NCBI GenBank assembly: GCA_012295275.1 | Contig: CM022673.1 | Coordinates: forward strand, 8,680,001 to 8,744,000 | Reading direction: 5' to 3' | DNA length: 64,000 nt | Source of the DNA: Chrysomallon squamiferum | Lineage: Eukaryota; Animalia; Mollusca | Shown here: positions 50,766 to 64,000 of the stretch, piece after piece | Position numbering within the stretch: the first letter of the stretch is position 1 | Layout: each line of letters starts with the position of its first letter | Translations under genes and position numbers: made by a program | The notes under the pieces: generated by a model | Told to the model about the DNA's origin: nothing | The model's database searches: none | What the model saw: the letters and a program-made list of their open reading frames with translations, nothing else

Positions 50766-52243
50766 CTGATATGCATCATTATGCATTATAAAACTTTTTA
50801 AATATTGCTTTTCGCCTTCCTTTCATTTCTCTTGCACAATGAATATGTAATTGTAAGAGGATCTAATTGTTTTGTTGTTCTCATAACTATCTACAAACGA
50901 TATAAAGACTTTTCAAAAAGGTGTTCTATACTTAGCCGACATGTTCCGGTAAACCGGAAGTAGCTAATTGACTTCGCGAAAGAGTATTTTCCAAACGCCG
51001 GATGCTATTTAAAGCAAGTTTTTATTTCTTTTAATAAATCAATTATAAAAAGTCGATTGACAGTCACAAATCATTAAGTCTGGATAAACCAGTGTCCTCG
51101 TTACAAAGAATGTCACAAAGGAAAACAATATCAACCTGTAGCGTGCATAATGCCATTTCCTGGTCGGTCATTAAGTGACAAAGAGAGACTTTGAGGTAAT
51201 CTTGCATCGCTAACTGCCGTCTGATTCTCCTGGAGCCGACTGAACGATCCGTCATTAATGACGTCACTTTTCTATGTTCTCTGCATTCTTATCATGCAGA
51301 TTCTGATGACAGAAAGGGAAAAACTAGTTACAATGAAAGAAAAGAATCTCCTTTTTATATCATTCAGCTGCAGTATATTTTCCTGTTAATAACAGTTAAT
51401 GTTATAACAGCTATTGTTTCTTTCTCTTTTCTGCTACCATTGCTACTACTACTATTTCTACACTGCTACTACTATTACTGTTACTACTATTACCATTGCT
51501 ACTCTTGCTGTTGCTATTATACTATTCCTGTTACTAGTACTATAATCACAGCTATTATTATTTTATAATTGTATTGCTATTAATAAGACTCTTGGTACTT
51601 CTGCCAGTACTAAACATTATGCTACCGTTACTATAATTAGTAACGCTAATACTAGTGCCACCATTACATCAAGTACAGAAAAATATTTAGACTGCTGATA
51701 CTTAGACAAGCTGATATCTACAGCCCAACCTTATCAAATCATTCTGTCCATTCCCAATATTTTTCTTTTGTTTATTTGGCAAATCTCTGCGACGTTGTTG
51801 TACTCGATAACACCTCGCAATTAAGAACACATTTCTCAGAGAACTGTTTGAGGAACGGAGAGAAAAGTGACACATTCGAGATATGCGAGTTGTAACAGTG
51901 GTGAATTGATTTCCGTTAGTATTGTTATTTCGACAGGTGTTCATGGTTCTGCGTTCGAGAGCTTCTTAAAATCCGTTTACGTACACAAATGGACAAACCA
52001 TTTCTGATAATGGCTCCAAATTGAAGTTCTGTGCAATCTGCTAATAGAGGTAAATGTGGTCATGCAATGTTGCTAAGGAACACAGATGTTTCCTGCTTTT
52101 TTTCTTCTTTCACTTGAATGGTAAAATAAGGAAGGATTTACTTTTTTTCTTAAATGTTATTGCCTATGTTGTGCTTATTTGTATATGTGTATGTGTGTAA
52201 TTGTCAGAGAAAGAGAGGAGAAAGAATGGAGAGAAAGAGGAAG

Positions 52244-52365
<122 letters not shown>

Positions 52366-53220
52366 AAACGTGTACGTGCGCAAAACAAAGCAGACAGAAT
52401 TACTTTTATAACCTTAATCGTCGACGTTCTCTAACTCTGCTGTTAAGTCAAAAGATCTGTTAGTTAACACTAGCACATCATGCGTCGGCAGCCACCACCA
52501 AAGCGACAGCGGCCACTCGCGACTCCAATCGCAGACCAATTACCAGGCGAGATAATCTTTTCATGGTAATCGAAGCCATCTCCCAATAAAACAATCAATG
52601 TGATCGCCTCTTGTCCCAAGTTATTTGTGTGGTCCACCGTTGATCTGAAGGGTCATCTAACGAAGAGAGTCAAGTCATCGAATGAAAAACGAATACTCTC
52701 TATCGACAAGCTTTGCTTTTGTCGTTGCTCAAGCTCTTGCCCTAGGTCTGGTCCGGACTGACCGCCGCCGAATTATCGGCGTCAGTGGACTGCCGGCCGA
52801 TGATGTTTCCGCTCGATGATGTTCGTGGACTAGTGGTTCTGTACTCGTGTTTGTATTGCTGAGTGTTTATACGTGTCTGTGTGTGTGTGTAAGGGTGTGT
52901 GTGTGTGTCTTTGTATGTGTTTTTTTACACGTGCTGTTTATATTGTTGACTAAAATTGTACACTATTTTCAGCAGTTGTTATAATTTTGTATATAACTAG
53001 AGATAGGCATACAGTTATATTCTCAGAAATATGTGTTTCTTGTTACATGTGAATGTTTGTGAGCTAGTGCATTTATCTGTGTATGTGTTGACAAAAAAAA
53101 CAACAACAAAAAACAACAAAAAAAACAACAACAAAAAACAACAAAAAAACCAAAACAAAAAAAAACAAAACAAAGCCAGGAAAGAACGTGAAGAGAAGGT
53201 TTAGGGAAAGAGGAAAACAG

Positions 53221-53323
<103 letters not shown>

Positions 53324-53677
53324 ATATAAATGAATACAAAACATTTCGCATACATTGGAAAGGTTCATTAAACAAGGATTCTCTTTCCATTCCGTTTTGC
53401 TGAAGACAAATTCGACATAACAGCTTAAACCAAGTCGACATAATAGATATAACTTAACGTTAATCTCTGTTTTGTACTGCATTCACTGACTATGAGATCT
53501 AGTAATTTCTCTGCTAACAAGTATTGACATGGCATGAAGTTCAGCGCGGGTTAACCCATCAGTGTTATAGTTTCAGAAGTCGGAGTAGATTTAGCGGAGT
53601 ATTGAAGAATAAGAAACAATAATTAAATTCATGATCTGTCATCTCTACTTAAAGTCAACTACTGGACTCTCGCTATT

Positions 53678-53745
53678 GACCTTGGTGGCAGCATGGTTAA
53701 GTATTTGATTTAAAGCTAGCAGATTCATGGATCGCATCCCATTGA
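53678..53745 (+). mobile_element. Decayed tRNA-like SINE head (family B)
   Basis: A-box-like TGGCAGCATGG (53686-53696) and B-box-like GGATCGCATCC (53729-53739). The latter is the reverse complement (10/11) of the motif at 44741 and 61334. Confidence 0.45.
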
Positions 53746-54242
53746 CGTCTAATAACTGATCATCAGAGCTTATGATGAATTCAGCTGTGGGGCTGCGGTT
53801 GCAAAACGCCATAGAAATGAACTTAAGCCATTTTGTTTTTCTTTGAACCAATTACAGTCGTTAAGGTACCAGACTGAAATGTTGAAACTGTTTCTAAATT
53901 CGCCAAATTTCGTTTCCAGCCGACTGATCAACTATATACTGTGAGCGTCTTCTGTTTAGACTGCATTAGCCTACACGAGCAATGAACTGAAATAATTACA
54001 TTTCCCCCAAACTCAGAAGATGATGTAATCATTTTCGGCTCAGGTGCATTCAGGATGTTTTATGTAATTTGAGGATCTCTTATAGTGAGTTCAGTAAGGT
54101 ATCCAGAAATCATATATGAAGTTTCAGAAACAATGAGGTATCAATTAAATATTTTGGTCTGTGCATCAGAATGTAATTTTTTTAAATGAAGAATATTAAA
54201 AAAATAAAAATAGAAATAAATTAATTAATAAAAGAAAAACAA

Positions 54243-54286
<44 letters not shown>

Positions 54287-55469
54287 GTCTGTATGTCTAT
54301 TTCTTTAAAGTCTTTGTAACTGTAAAATCGAAACAACTGTTCAAACATTAGACAAATATTCCTTCTTTCTTCTCTCGTCATGTCCAAGCTTCTTAATTTA
54401 TCTGTCAGCAATCGTCTAAACACGCTGAACAAACACGAACTCTTTTCCTTCTTTTAGAGAATTTTCAATAAAGCAAACATCACTCGTCAGACCAGTTTTC
54501 GGCAGTTGTGTAATCATGTGTCAGTGGTTAGCAACCATGACCTGTTTTCGGAAATTCCGTTCGCGGACATTTTGATTTGTGGAAAGTCTTCCTTTATTGA
54601 ATGGAGATTTTTGCATTTTCCATTAAAAAGGAATCTTCGATTTCGATGTTAAAGGGGAAATGAAACAGTTAATTGACTGCAAAACGTGTGGAATCCTCCA
54701 TGCTTGGAGTTTAATAATAGATATTCGTTTATTACTTGATGGCAATATTGTTTCAGTGTGTCACGCCAGCGGTTAAAACGTCAACGAAATTATAAATTTC
54801 GATTTCTGTTCTGGTGAAAGATTGTACTTACAAAAGCAATAAAGACGAAAAAAAAAAAAAAAAAAAAAAAAAAAGAAGAAGACGACGAAGAAGAAACAGA
54901 TAAAATATGAGAAATATGTACGTACGCACATATAGAAATATACTTCCACTCACAAAAATAAATAAACTGAATACAACGTAAATTTTAATTTAAAACCGAA
55001 CCAATTACATTCTAAACGATTATAAATATACATAACACAGATATTTTAAGACTAATGCAAACAAAACTAATATATCGGGCTGCAGTGAACAATAAAGAAT
55101 ATATCAAATGTTTCTCTCGCGTCTCTGCCAAAACATTAATTAATCTGTATATATCAATGTCTTCAAGTTTCCCTTTATCTGTTCGTCCAAAGCCAAACAG
55201 ACTGTGTAATACACAAACAATAAATTTATCTGACTGAAATCGGAATTAGTTGGTCAGTATTAAGTAGCGTCTTGGGAATACGAAATCTACGACTGTCATC
55301 CAATACGAGTCAGGGACAAGATGATGAGGGAGATAAGCGGAGTATTGCCCACAACGTCACTTAGTTTAGTTACGTCCACGATACCATCAGCACAGAAAAT
55401 ACACTTGACTACACTACTGTGTAAAATAACTGAAATTACAATTCTGATAAGCAGTACTATTTAAAAGCC

Positions 55470-55470
55470 A

Positions 55471-55503
<33 letters not shown>

Positions 55504-55528
55504 ATATATATATATAAATATACAATTC

Positions 55529-55598
<70 letters not shown>

Positions 55599-55602
55599 TA
55601 TT

Positions 55603-55656
<54 letters not shown>

Positions 55657-55700
55657 TACATACACACAGATACAAACACATACACACAGATACAAACACA
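55470..55700. repeat. (AT)n-(CA)n compound microsatellite
   Basis: Direct reading. Confidence 0.92.
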
Positions 55701-56884
55701 TTGTATATTACACAGTCTCTCTGAGTTTGGACAAAGACATAAAGGAAATTTTGAAGACATACATGTATACATAAATACATATGCACCTATACATGTATAC
55801 ATAAATACACAGTACCTGTATATGTATATATGAAGTTAATAATCAGCACAGAAAATAATCATGTCAGGTATTAATATTACATACCTAAATAACAAACGTC
55901 ATTTAAAAAAAAATGGCTTGTTTTGAAGTCCAACTGGTTAATTTGAACAGATGAGAAAAATACTACACTTTACTGATAATCTAATAAGAAAAAAACTTTT
56001 ATAAAAGTGAAAATATGTTGGTAAGTTATAACACTGTTTTAGAGAAATGCGTCAGTTTGGATAGATTTTAAAATTATAAAAGCGAAAAACTTTAGTTACT
56101 AAATAAACAGCTGCTCCTGTTATGAGCTAATTGTGGAGTCAAAATAAAAATGTGTATCAATGATCTGTCGTTTTATTCAAAGATTAAAATGCAGGTAAGA
56201 TTTTCTTCTACATGTTTCATTCAGAGACTGTCATTACTGTATTATAAATAAAAAATAAAAAATGTAAAATAAAAATTAATTAAAGTGAAAAAGAAGAAAA
56301 GTTTTATATCCTAATTACGCCAGTGATGAAATATTCGAATCACTTTGACGAATCTTACTAACTGAGGTAAACTAAAAATAGCATCGCTTCTCTTGTTTTA
56401 CATCGACTGTGTAATCAAAACTCTTGTCAGTGGCCGCCGTAATTAACCACTGTTGACATTTTAATCCAGATGTCGCAGTCGCAGACGCTGCTTTGCAAAT
56501 GAAGCCGTGAATGAGTTAGCGCATTTTGTCAGAGATGGTTTTCTTCATCTGGACGATTTCACAGTACAGAAGTGATTGAAGGTTAAACGATGTTTTAATT
56601 GAATATATCGCAATAATAGTTGTAGATTATTAGATAACGTTAATCCTTTGTAGATAAGGCAAGTTAAAACAGTTTGCATTAGAAGGTAATTTCTGATAAA
56701 TGATGAATAAATTATCTGAAGTTTAAGACAATAAGTACGTGTGTTTAAATGTTCTTTCTCGACATCATTACCGTTGGAAGTAGTCTACTTTTACTATATT
56801 AACATTCTGAAATTATTATTATTATTATTTAAAATTATCTTCACCAATGATTTACAAATTAGAGTCATTGTTATAGTTGGATAG

Positions 56885-57032
56885 TTAGGCGTGGCCACAG
56901 AAGCGGTAGGTGCAGACGCGAAATTCTTAGGCTCACTGTTGGACTGGTGGAAGGGTCTCGGGGAGGGCTAACTTTCTCGAGTTAAGGTTCTTACCTTTCC
57001 TCTGAACACTGACAATCCACGCTATGCCACTG
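56885..57032. mobile_element. Possible MITE/non-autonomous DNA transposon remnant
   Basis: GC-rich ~150-bp island bounded by GGCGTGGC and GCTATGCCACTG. Each core differs by one transition from a GGCGTAGC-type terminal inverted repeat. Confidence 0.3.
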
Positions 57033-57728
57033 CATGATCGTCATTACGACGACCATTACTCTCTACAGCAACAACATTAACATTAAATACATCATGGTCT
57101 TGAAGTAAAAATTTAACATATATAATTTATGTTGTTGTTTTTTATTGCTTAAGGAATGTTCTAACTTGTTGCATAGTATGAAAGCACCTTAACACATGCG
57201 GATAATGTTTGTTTTTAAGAGCTAAAATGAATTTTCTTAAACGTAACAGCTTCGCCAAGAGTGCAGTGAAAGAGAACAATTTGAAACTATTCGCCAGCTC
57301 AACAAGATTACTGCTCTTACACATATGAAGTAATTCATCCACCCAGACAACAGTCTCACGTTACGTGACACTTACATAAAAGATAACATGATATCTACAC
57401 AGACTTCAATTTCTCACTCAAGTAAGCGAATAATGCAGGGTTTTTTGTTGGTAGCTGTCGGTTAGCGAGATGAACAAATGATTCGAAGGATCTAGATTAC
57501 GCACGGAACCCATTGCGCTGTTGTTTTCGCTTTCGTTACTCTTCAGTGACTATTTAAAACACCTTATTATTATTATTATTATAATAAAAGATTCCTTATC
57601 GTAATGGAGAGCTAAAACGGGGTATTTCGATACCTTTATAACCTTAAGACTAGTATTATGTTTAATAACCTTTTAATTTTTGAAAGTTGTATAAAAATTT
57701 TAATATTTTTATTATTATTATTATTAGA

Positions 57729-57791
57729 AGTAGTAGTAGTAGTGGTAGTAGTAGTAGTAGTAGTAGTAGTAGCAGTAGCAGTAGTAGTAGT
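57729..57791. repeat. (AGT)n microsatellite
   Basis: Direct reading. Confidence 0.9.
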
Positions 57792-60700
57792 ATTTTAGAT
57801 TTTGATATTGGTGTTGTGCGGTTGTCTGAAGAAAACTTGATAAAAAAGATAGTTCCAAATAAAGGGGCATGTCAGACACTCAGATTATTTGAATTATTTG
57901 GTTTGACATTGCAAGAAAAAAGGAAACTGACCAATTTTGACTTGTGTAATCAATAGTTTCGTGCAATTACTTTCCACGTCATTTCCGCTCAAAAGATGAA
58001 GGAATCAAAAAAAAAAAAAAAAAAAAAAAAAAGATGAGCGGTTGTCTGTTAGAGATAATTGCTTAAAATTAAAATGTATATCTTTTTTCTCCACAAATAA
58101 AAATAAACAGAGAGAGAGAGAGTATAAAAATATAATAGAAAACAACTTGAGACGGATTATTGCTCGGGATACTTAACAACTGCTTACAGTAAACTGATAT
58201 TCATTCATTCAAAACATAATAATTAAAAAATTCGTGCAATTCACACATCATCCTTTATCCCATATATTTTAAAATTCGTAACATAATTTTTTCAGACCTC
58301 TGTACAAATTATACTTTCCCCTAATTCACTCCCACCATATTATTTCATACATATAAAAAAATCATTCAGTTTAATTTTTCTCACGTAATTTACACTCTCA
58401 TATTTAATTCACACATCTATGCATTAGCCACAGGACTTTTCCTACAGCTTGAACTATCACACCTTTTCAAAACATCCATACATTATCTCACATCATTAAC
58501 CAAATGACTCGACGTCTACGGAGTAAAGCCCTATGTTTTCTATGTTAATTAGATTTAGTACCAGGCCTAACGTGGGACATATTTTCCGTCAGCGACTTTG
58601 TCCACGACGTCGCTGATTTACGGAGAATTTAACATCGTCCTACATTTCTTTAGTTGTATCGATCACCAAATAACAAATGTCAGCTTTCCAGAACTGCGAT
58701 ATATAACAGCGCGCCGGCATGAGTGTTTCGAGTTGGTGAATCCCGCCACTTTATTAAGCGCACCGCGCTATTATCAAAGTTTAAAGCTTGCCAAAATGTA
58801 TTGATCTATACTAGTTTTCCTCCGAATGTAGTCAGCGAAAAATTGAATGGCTGGAAAAGACATGAAACGCGTCCCTTATTAAGCTAAGTTTGAAGGGGAA
58901 AAAAAGTAGACAGAATTAGAAAAGTGGTTTAGTCAGACAGGCGAATTTGAAAGAAAGAATAACCAACCAAGCAATAAATAAGGTAATAAAATTACTCGTC
59001 ATTAATGCTAATATCGCTGCTGTTGCTACTGATATATATACTACCAGTGTTACCACTGCAACAACCACTCTGCTACTACGCCTACACAGACTAATATGAT
59101 GATTCTGATGATCACCATTGCCAACATCGCCATTACTAAAATGATTAACCACTATTCATAACGACTACAACAACAACTACTACAGCTGCATCTGCGGCAA
59201 CAATAACAATAACAATAATAATAATAATAATTAAAAAAAAAATGATGATGATGATGATGATGATGACGATCTTGTTGATGATTATAGTGATGATGACAGT
59301 AATAACCTATCGTATTGTATAAACAGACATATTATTCTGCTATATTTCTTCAGACTCACAATTTTTACCTTTCTTTCTTAACAGCCATAAAAACGAGCGA
59401 CGTGAGTCAAACTCGATTTCGGCCCTTGAATAACATCTTTTATCTAATGGGGTAAAAACCATGTTTCCAAGGCAACTAATTTATTTCCGTGATTGAGATA
59501 AAAGCGACGATTTTTTAAAAACCCGTTAGTTATGAACTGCGAAATCAATGAGGGTTTCAATCTATTGATAAAATCGCTTATTCGTGTTCGCATGCAGACA
59601 CAGACGGTTGTACAGAAACCGTTCCACGTCGTCAACTCTGGTTAAAGCAAATATGGCGTTATTTCCGGTTTACCACTTTTTTTGGTGGAAGAAGGGTAAA
59701 TTTAACAGCCTCGTCTGAGTAATTCATGAATGAATGACTGACTCTGAAATAAGTGACGTTCTGGAAATGCTGATTGTCAAAATAATTTCGAACAGATAAA
59801 TACGTTCCATCGTCCATCCCCCCCCCCTTTGAACAGTATTTTCAGTCCTCCCTGTCTCAACTAATTCTATCCAGAATAATAAAGCTAAAAATTCCCTGGT
59901 GGTTATTTGAGGTTATTTGCGGTTAACGAACGCTAACGAACCTTTTATTAAATATCGTTTGCGGTCAGTCTCGTTACTATGACCCGCCTTGAATGCAGAA
60001 AGTGCGAACTAGAGGTCTTTGAACACAAAGTGTTTTATGGAGAAAATATATCATTATGGCTTTTTTTTACAATCTAATTCTCCGTGTTAAATTAAGAATT
60101 TCTGTCTTGGTAACTTTGGATAGATGGAAGGATGCCAGAATTCTTGGAATAAAACAGACCGAGAAATTGAGATTTTATTTAGTGTCAAAAATTTGGTTAC
60201 GTCGAACCGAGCAAAATGTTGAATATAAACTTCAGTTCAGCCTGTTGCTTAGCTGTTCGTGAGAACATTTTCAGTTATATCTGTTTGATAATGATAGTTA
60301 TTAACTGTGTAATGAAATTTGATATTTGTTAAAAAAAAAGAGAAGAGATTGTAACAACACCACCAACAATAACAATAATAATGATAATATGGAATAATAA
60401 TAATAAAGTAATAATTTTTATAACAACAACAGCAACAACAGTAATAATAATAATAACAATAATAATTTTAATAACAATAATAATACTAATAATAAAATTT
60501 ATAACAGCAACAAAAACAACAACAACAACAACAACAACAACAGTAACAATAGAAGAAGAGGTCGAATGAGGCAAACACAATAAAGAAAGAGAGAAAGAAA
60601 GAAAGAAAGAAAAAAGAATGAAAGAAAGAAAGAAAGAAAGAAAGAAAAATTAAAGAAAGAAAGAAAGAAAATAGAAACAAACAAAGGTCAAAGAGAAATA

Positions 60701-61164
60701 CAGGCAAATAACAAAACAAACACAAGCCAAGCACCATTTGTCATAATTTATGGTAACACTGAAATGGTGATTTTCATAAAAACCACTTTCTCAGACGGCG
60801 TGTTGCGATTCACATTGTCGACAAACATTTAATACAGTATGAGATCCAATTACCTCAAAGGCCTCTACGTGTTACATGTACGAAATTGAATTTCCCTATA
60901 TTCTTAGTGCAAGTTGCCATTCATTCTGAAATTTTCCTGTTTCTAATCAGTGAGCTGTAAATATTCCGCAAATCTCGACCACACAAAAGCCCGGAGACGT
61001 AATCTTTTCAGCATGCAGAAATTTTTGACATGTTTTTAAAAACGCCTCGGGATTATTAAATCAATTAATCACATGTCACGGACCACGGCAGCCAGTTCGA
61101 TACTTTAATAAAATTAGAATCAATAAATTAATGTTTTCAAATGGGCTTTTATCCTCAGTAAGTC

Positions 61165-61400
61165 TAAGCACGTTTGACTTGGGCACTCAATACTGAAACC
61201 CGGTTTGTCAGCCCGACAATGTATTTTAACGCGTAATATATTAGTGTTGTTAGCGTGTTAGGATGTTAGAGTGAAAGAATGAATGTGACGGCCCTACATT
61301 AATCCAATTAGTTCTGAGTAGGATCAGGTTCTGTGATGCGATCCCTGAACCTCGCGGGCTTTTACACCCGTTGCTTAATCTCTTCACAATAGCAGCTGGT
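61165..61400 (-). mobile_element. Decayed tRNA-derived SINE (family B)
   Basis: Motifs shared with 44630-44810 and 53678-53745; (GTTAG)-type internal repeats. Confidence 0.5.
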
Positions 61401-61709
61401 AATTAATGTAGAGAAGATATTACTTATAACCCTAAATTTTTCAATGTATTAAAACCCGTGGTACGTTCTTTATTCGTCCCTAGAAAGTGACTATTAAAGA
61501 TCCCCTAGCGTTGTAACAGCAGCTGAAGTAGTGACTATAGCGTTTAATCCTCTTTCACATTTCATATTTACATGAAGCAGAAATGTACAGATGTATTCTT
61601 AATTGAAGTATTAATTCATACGTTCATTTGTCAATATAATTTTACTCTGAATTCTTTAATATTTACTATATTAAGTTGAAATCGGAAAAAAACACACACA
61701 CACAAACAG

Positions 61710-61711
<2 letters not shown>

Positions 61712-61799
<88 letters not shown>

Positions 61800-61963
61800 G
61801 CGCTCAAGATAATAAAAAATAATAAAAAATTGTAGGAGCAGCAGCAGCAATAACAAAAGTAAACAAATAAGTGATTTATGGTAAATAAATTAACTAATCC
61901 TTTATTACGATTAGTAATGATTTTCAGTGTCACGTGTCATCATATTAGCGTGGGACTTTCCTA
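61712..61963. repeat. Local direct repeat, copy 1: (GA)n plus ~165 bp
   Basis: 61798-61963 matches 63838-64000 (offset ~2040). Confidence 0.95.
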
Positions 61964-62003
61964 CTTTCATTTTCAAGCTTAACATCAGTAAAGGGGAATT
62001 CCC
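61952..62003. promoter_or_regulatory. Paired consensus NF-kB/Rel sites
   Basis: GGGACTTTCC (61952-61961) and palindromic GGGAATTCCC (61994-62003). Confidence 0.5.
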
Positions 62004-62181
62004 GTCTAATTTTACGTTATATCTTCTTTATTTCGAAAAATAATTTATAAAACAAATGGAAATAAGTGACATTTTTACAAATTAACTAATTATAATGTGG
62101 TATCACTAAAAAATATTTCGTTTCTTTTAATCACGTGACCTGTGTTTTTGCAGGTTATATATCCAATATGTGCATTATCCA

Positions 62182-62330
62182 TCGGCCCTGGTGTCTGGGC
62201 ATGTGGTTGGCGTGTTGAGTCGAGAGTCGCACCACAGTGAGTTCGAATCGCCCTCCGAGCCCTGTGATGTACTTCAGTCACTGCGCTTTCTGCTGTTCAT
62301 GTCACTGGGTCAACACTTAAATCCACTACC
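62182..62330 (+). mobile_element. tRNA-derived (CORE-like) SINE remnant
   Basis: A-box-like TGGGCATGTGG, B-box GAGTTCGAATC, and downstream TGTCACTGGGTCAACACTTAA resembling the CORE-domain motif. No intact cloverleaf. Confidence 0.45.
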
Positions 62331-62439
62331 CTTTTTCATATTTTTTGTTTATTTATTTTTATTTTTTTTTATTTTAATAACGAATATAATTTAAGAAAAG
62401 TAGTTTTAATCTAATGATTCTGGATAAAAAGACAAGATA

Positions 62440-62640
62440 TCCGATGTTAAACGCGATACGTTACTCTTTTTCTTAGAAAGCAGCAACACATAGTTTATGT
62501 TTTCACCTTCTCGTAAACAATGGCGCACATAATACCATTGCCTTTCATTAACAAATCTTGGAATACTGTGACAGATATTTGAACCCGTCCACTGAGGTTG
62601 ATTGAACTCATGATTCCTAAAGCTAATCACAGAGCTAGGA
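62440..62640 (-). mobile_element. Decayed SINE (Meta-domain-like, family A)
   Basis: AGCAGCAA...GCACATAATACCATTGCCTTT...GGAATACTG collinear with 28880-29080. Family name is from recall. Confidence 0.4.
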
Positions 62641-62873
62641 TCCTCTACTTAATAGATTCATTTCTGCAGGTATGGTAAATCAATGTATAAGATAATCTCT
62701 ATTTGTAATTTTTAAAATTAAATTTATAAATCATTGGCGTTGAATATGTATGTATATGAAACAACAACAACAACATCAGCATCAATAACAGTAAATAACA
62801 AAAACAACAATAATAACAGTAATAATGATGATTACGATGATGTTGATGATATATATTATTACTATCAATGTCG

Positions 62874-62911
<38 letters not shown>

Positions 62912-63709
62912 GTCATTATATCGTAACCTACCCTTTGTTCATTTGTCTTGTACGTTCGGCCAGCTCAATCATCTAAAACACAAATTAAAATTAATTAAAA
63001 TTAAATTAATCAGAATTTCAGTTAAAGGCATGTTTACCATGATTATGATGATCATAAATTATTTCAGCCAGTAAAACAGTTAAACAGCCAGATACCTGCA
63101 TGATTATTATTTAGTTTTTGCATATATTAACAGTTATAATTGTTAATAATATTAATTTGTCAAACTGTAAGAGAAAACTCCTTATTTCATTGTAATTTTT
63201 TTTTTTTTTTTGTCATTCATTTGTCGACAGACACTTTATTAATTCAGCGTGGAAAACAACGTCTACAAGGAATTTCCCAACTCCAGTGTGTTTTACCTCT
63301 CTCGTTATTCCAACTAGTGACACTGATTATACCTCGTTGACAGGTGATAACTAAGTGGAGACTGTCATTTCTGAAACTTACAAGTGAGTGACAGTATTTC
63401 ACAGAAAATAAAATTATTTTGAATAACATTTCCCTTTTTTTTTAAATTTTATTTATTATTATTTTTTTTGGCAGTAGCTGGCTACACATATGATGGTCGT
63501 GGGATCCAATCATTCTAGCCGCATCAAAGTTATTACAAATAACATATAATGAATGCAAAAGATTTCTTTTGCTGATAATAGCCAACTTAATTACGATACG
63601 AATAGCCAAGCTAAGTAGTATAGAGGATTTACCATCCAAGGACTATTTCTAGGTAGTGTATGCTGTGTGAAAGAGAAAGAGAGAGAAGGGAAAGTAAGAG
63701 TTGGAGTTA

Positions 63710-63770
63710 GAGAGAGAGAGAGAGGGAGAGGGAGGGAGAGAGACAGAGAGAGAAAGAGAGAGAGAGAGAG

Positions 63771-63841
<71 letters not shown>

Positions 63842-64000
63842 GCTCAAGATAATAAAAAATAATAAAAAATTGTAGGAGCAGCAGCAATAACAAAAGTAAA
63901 CAAATAAGTGATTTATGGTAAATAAATTAACTAATCCTTTATTACGATTAGTAATGATTTTCAGTGTCACATATTATGATATTAGCGTTGGACTTTCCTA
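63710..64000. repeat. Local direct repeat, copy 2 (runs off window): (GA)n plus 163 bp
   Basis: Near-identical to 61798-61963, with one 3-bp indel in a GCA run and substitutions clustered in the last ~30 bp. Confidence 0.95.

Noticed and set aside
51303-51335. CTGATGA...GAAA with palindrome AACTAGTT as a minimal hammerhead
   Set aside because: Stem II cannot pair and the UH cleavage register is wrong.
61427-61436. TAACCCTAA as a telomerase RNA template
   Set aside because: Isolated 9-mer with no recognisable pseudoknot or H/ACA domain.
62154-62218. Acceptor TTTTTGCAG at 62153 as exon 2 of the 41.5-kb gene
   Set aside because: The phase-1 frame stops after 21 codons and the sequence runs into a SINE remnant.

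Overview
This is AT-rich, microsatellite-rich eukaryotic (metazoan) genomic DNA. It is probably molluscan/gastropod, an inference from SINE remnants I recall from gastropods. The first 26 kb hold three complete intron-containing genes whose exons I assembled with GT-AG sites and consistent phases: FDXACB1 (+, 5 coding exons, 651 aa), a CD151-like tetraspanin (-, 7 coding exons, 253 aa) and PRMT1 (+, 10 coding exons, 362 aa). FDXACB1 and the tetraspanin are convergent; the tetraspanin and PRMT1 are divergent. The remaining ~38 kb is gene-poor. It contains one intact tRNA-His(GUG), decayed tRNA-derived SINEs, simple repeats, CpG/TF-motif-rich islands and a candidate first exon at ~41.0-41.5 kb. 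Most listed ORFs are microsatellite artefacts. The best leads are: G-U-rich sense-strand RNA structures in PRMT1 introns and its 3'UTR; a probable ~5.6-kb tetraspanin 3'UTR dense in 8-mer sites for conserved miRNAs; short local duplications that copy functional signals (a splice acceptor, a poly(A) signal, a kB/E-box segment); and an NF-kB site cluster near 62-63 kb. All structures and motifs were read by eye; nothing was computed or searched.
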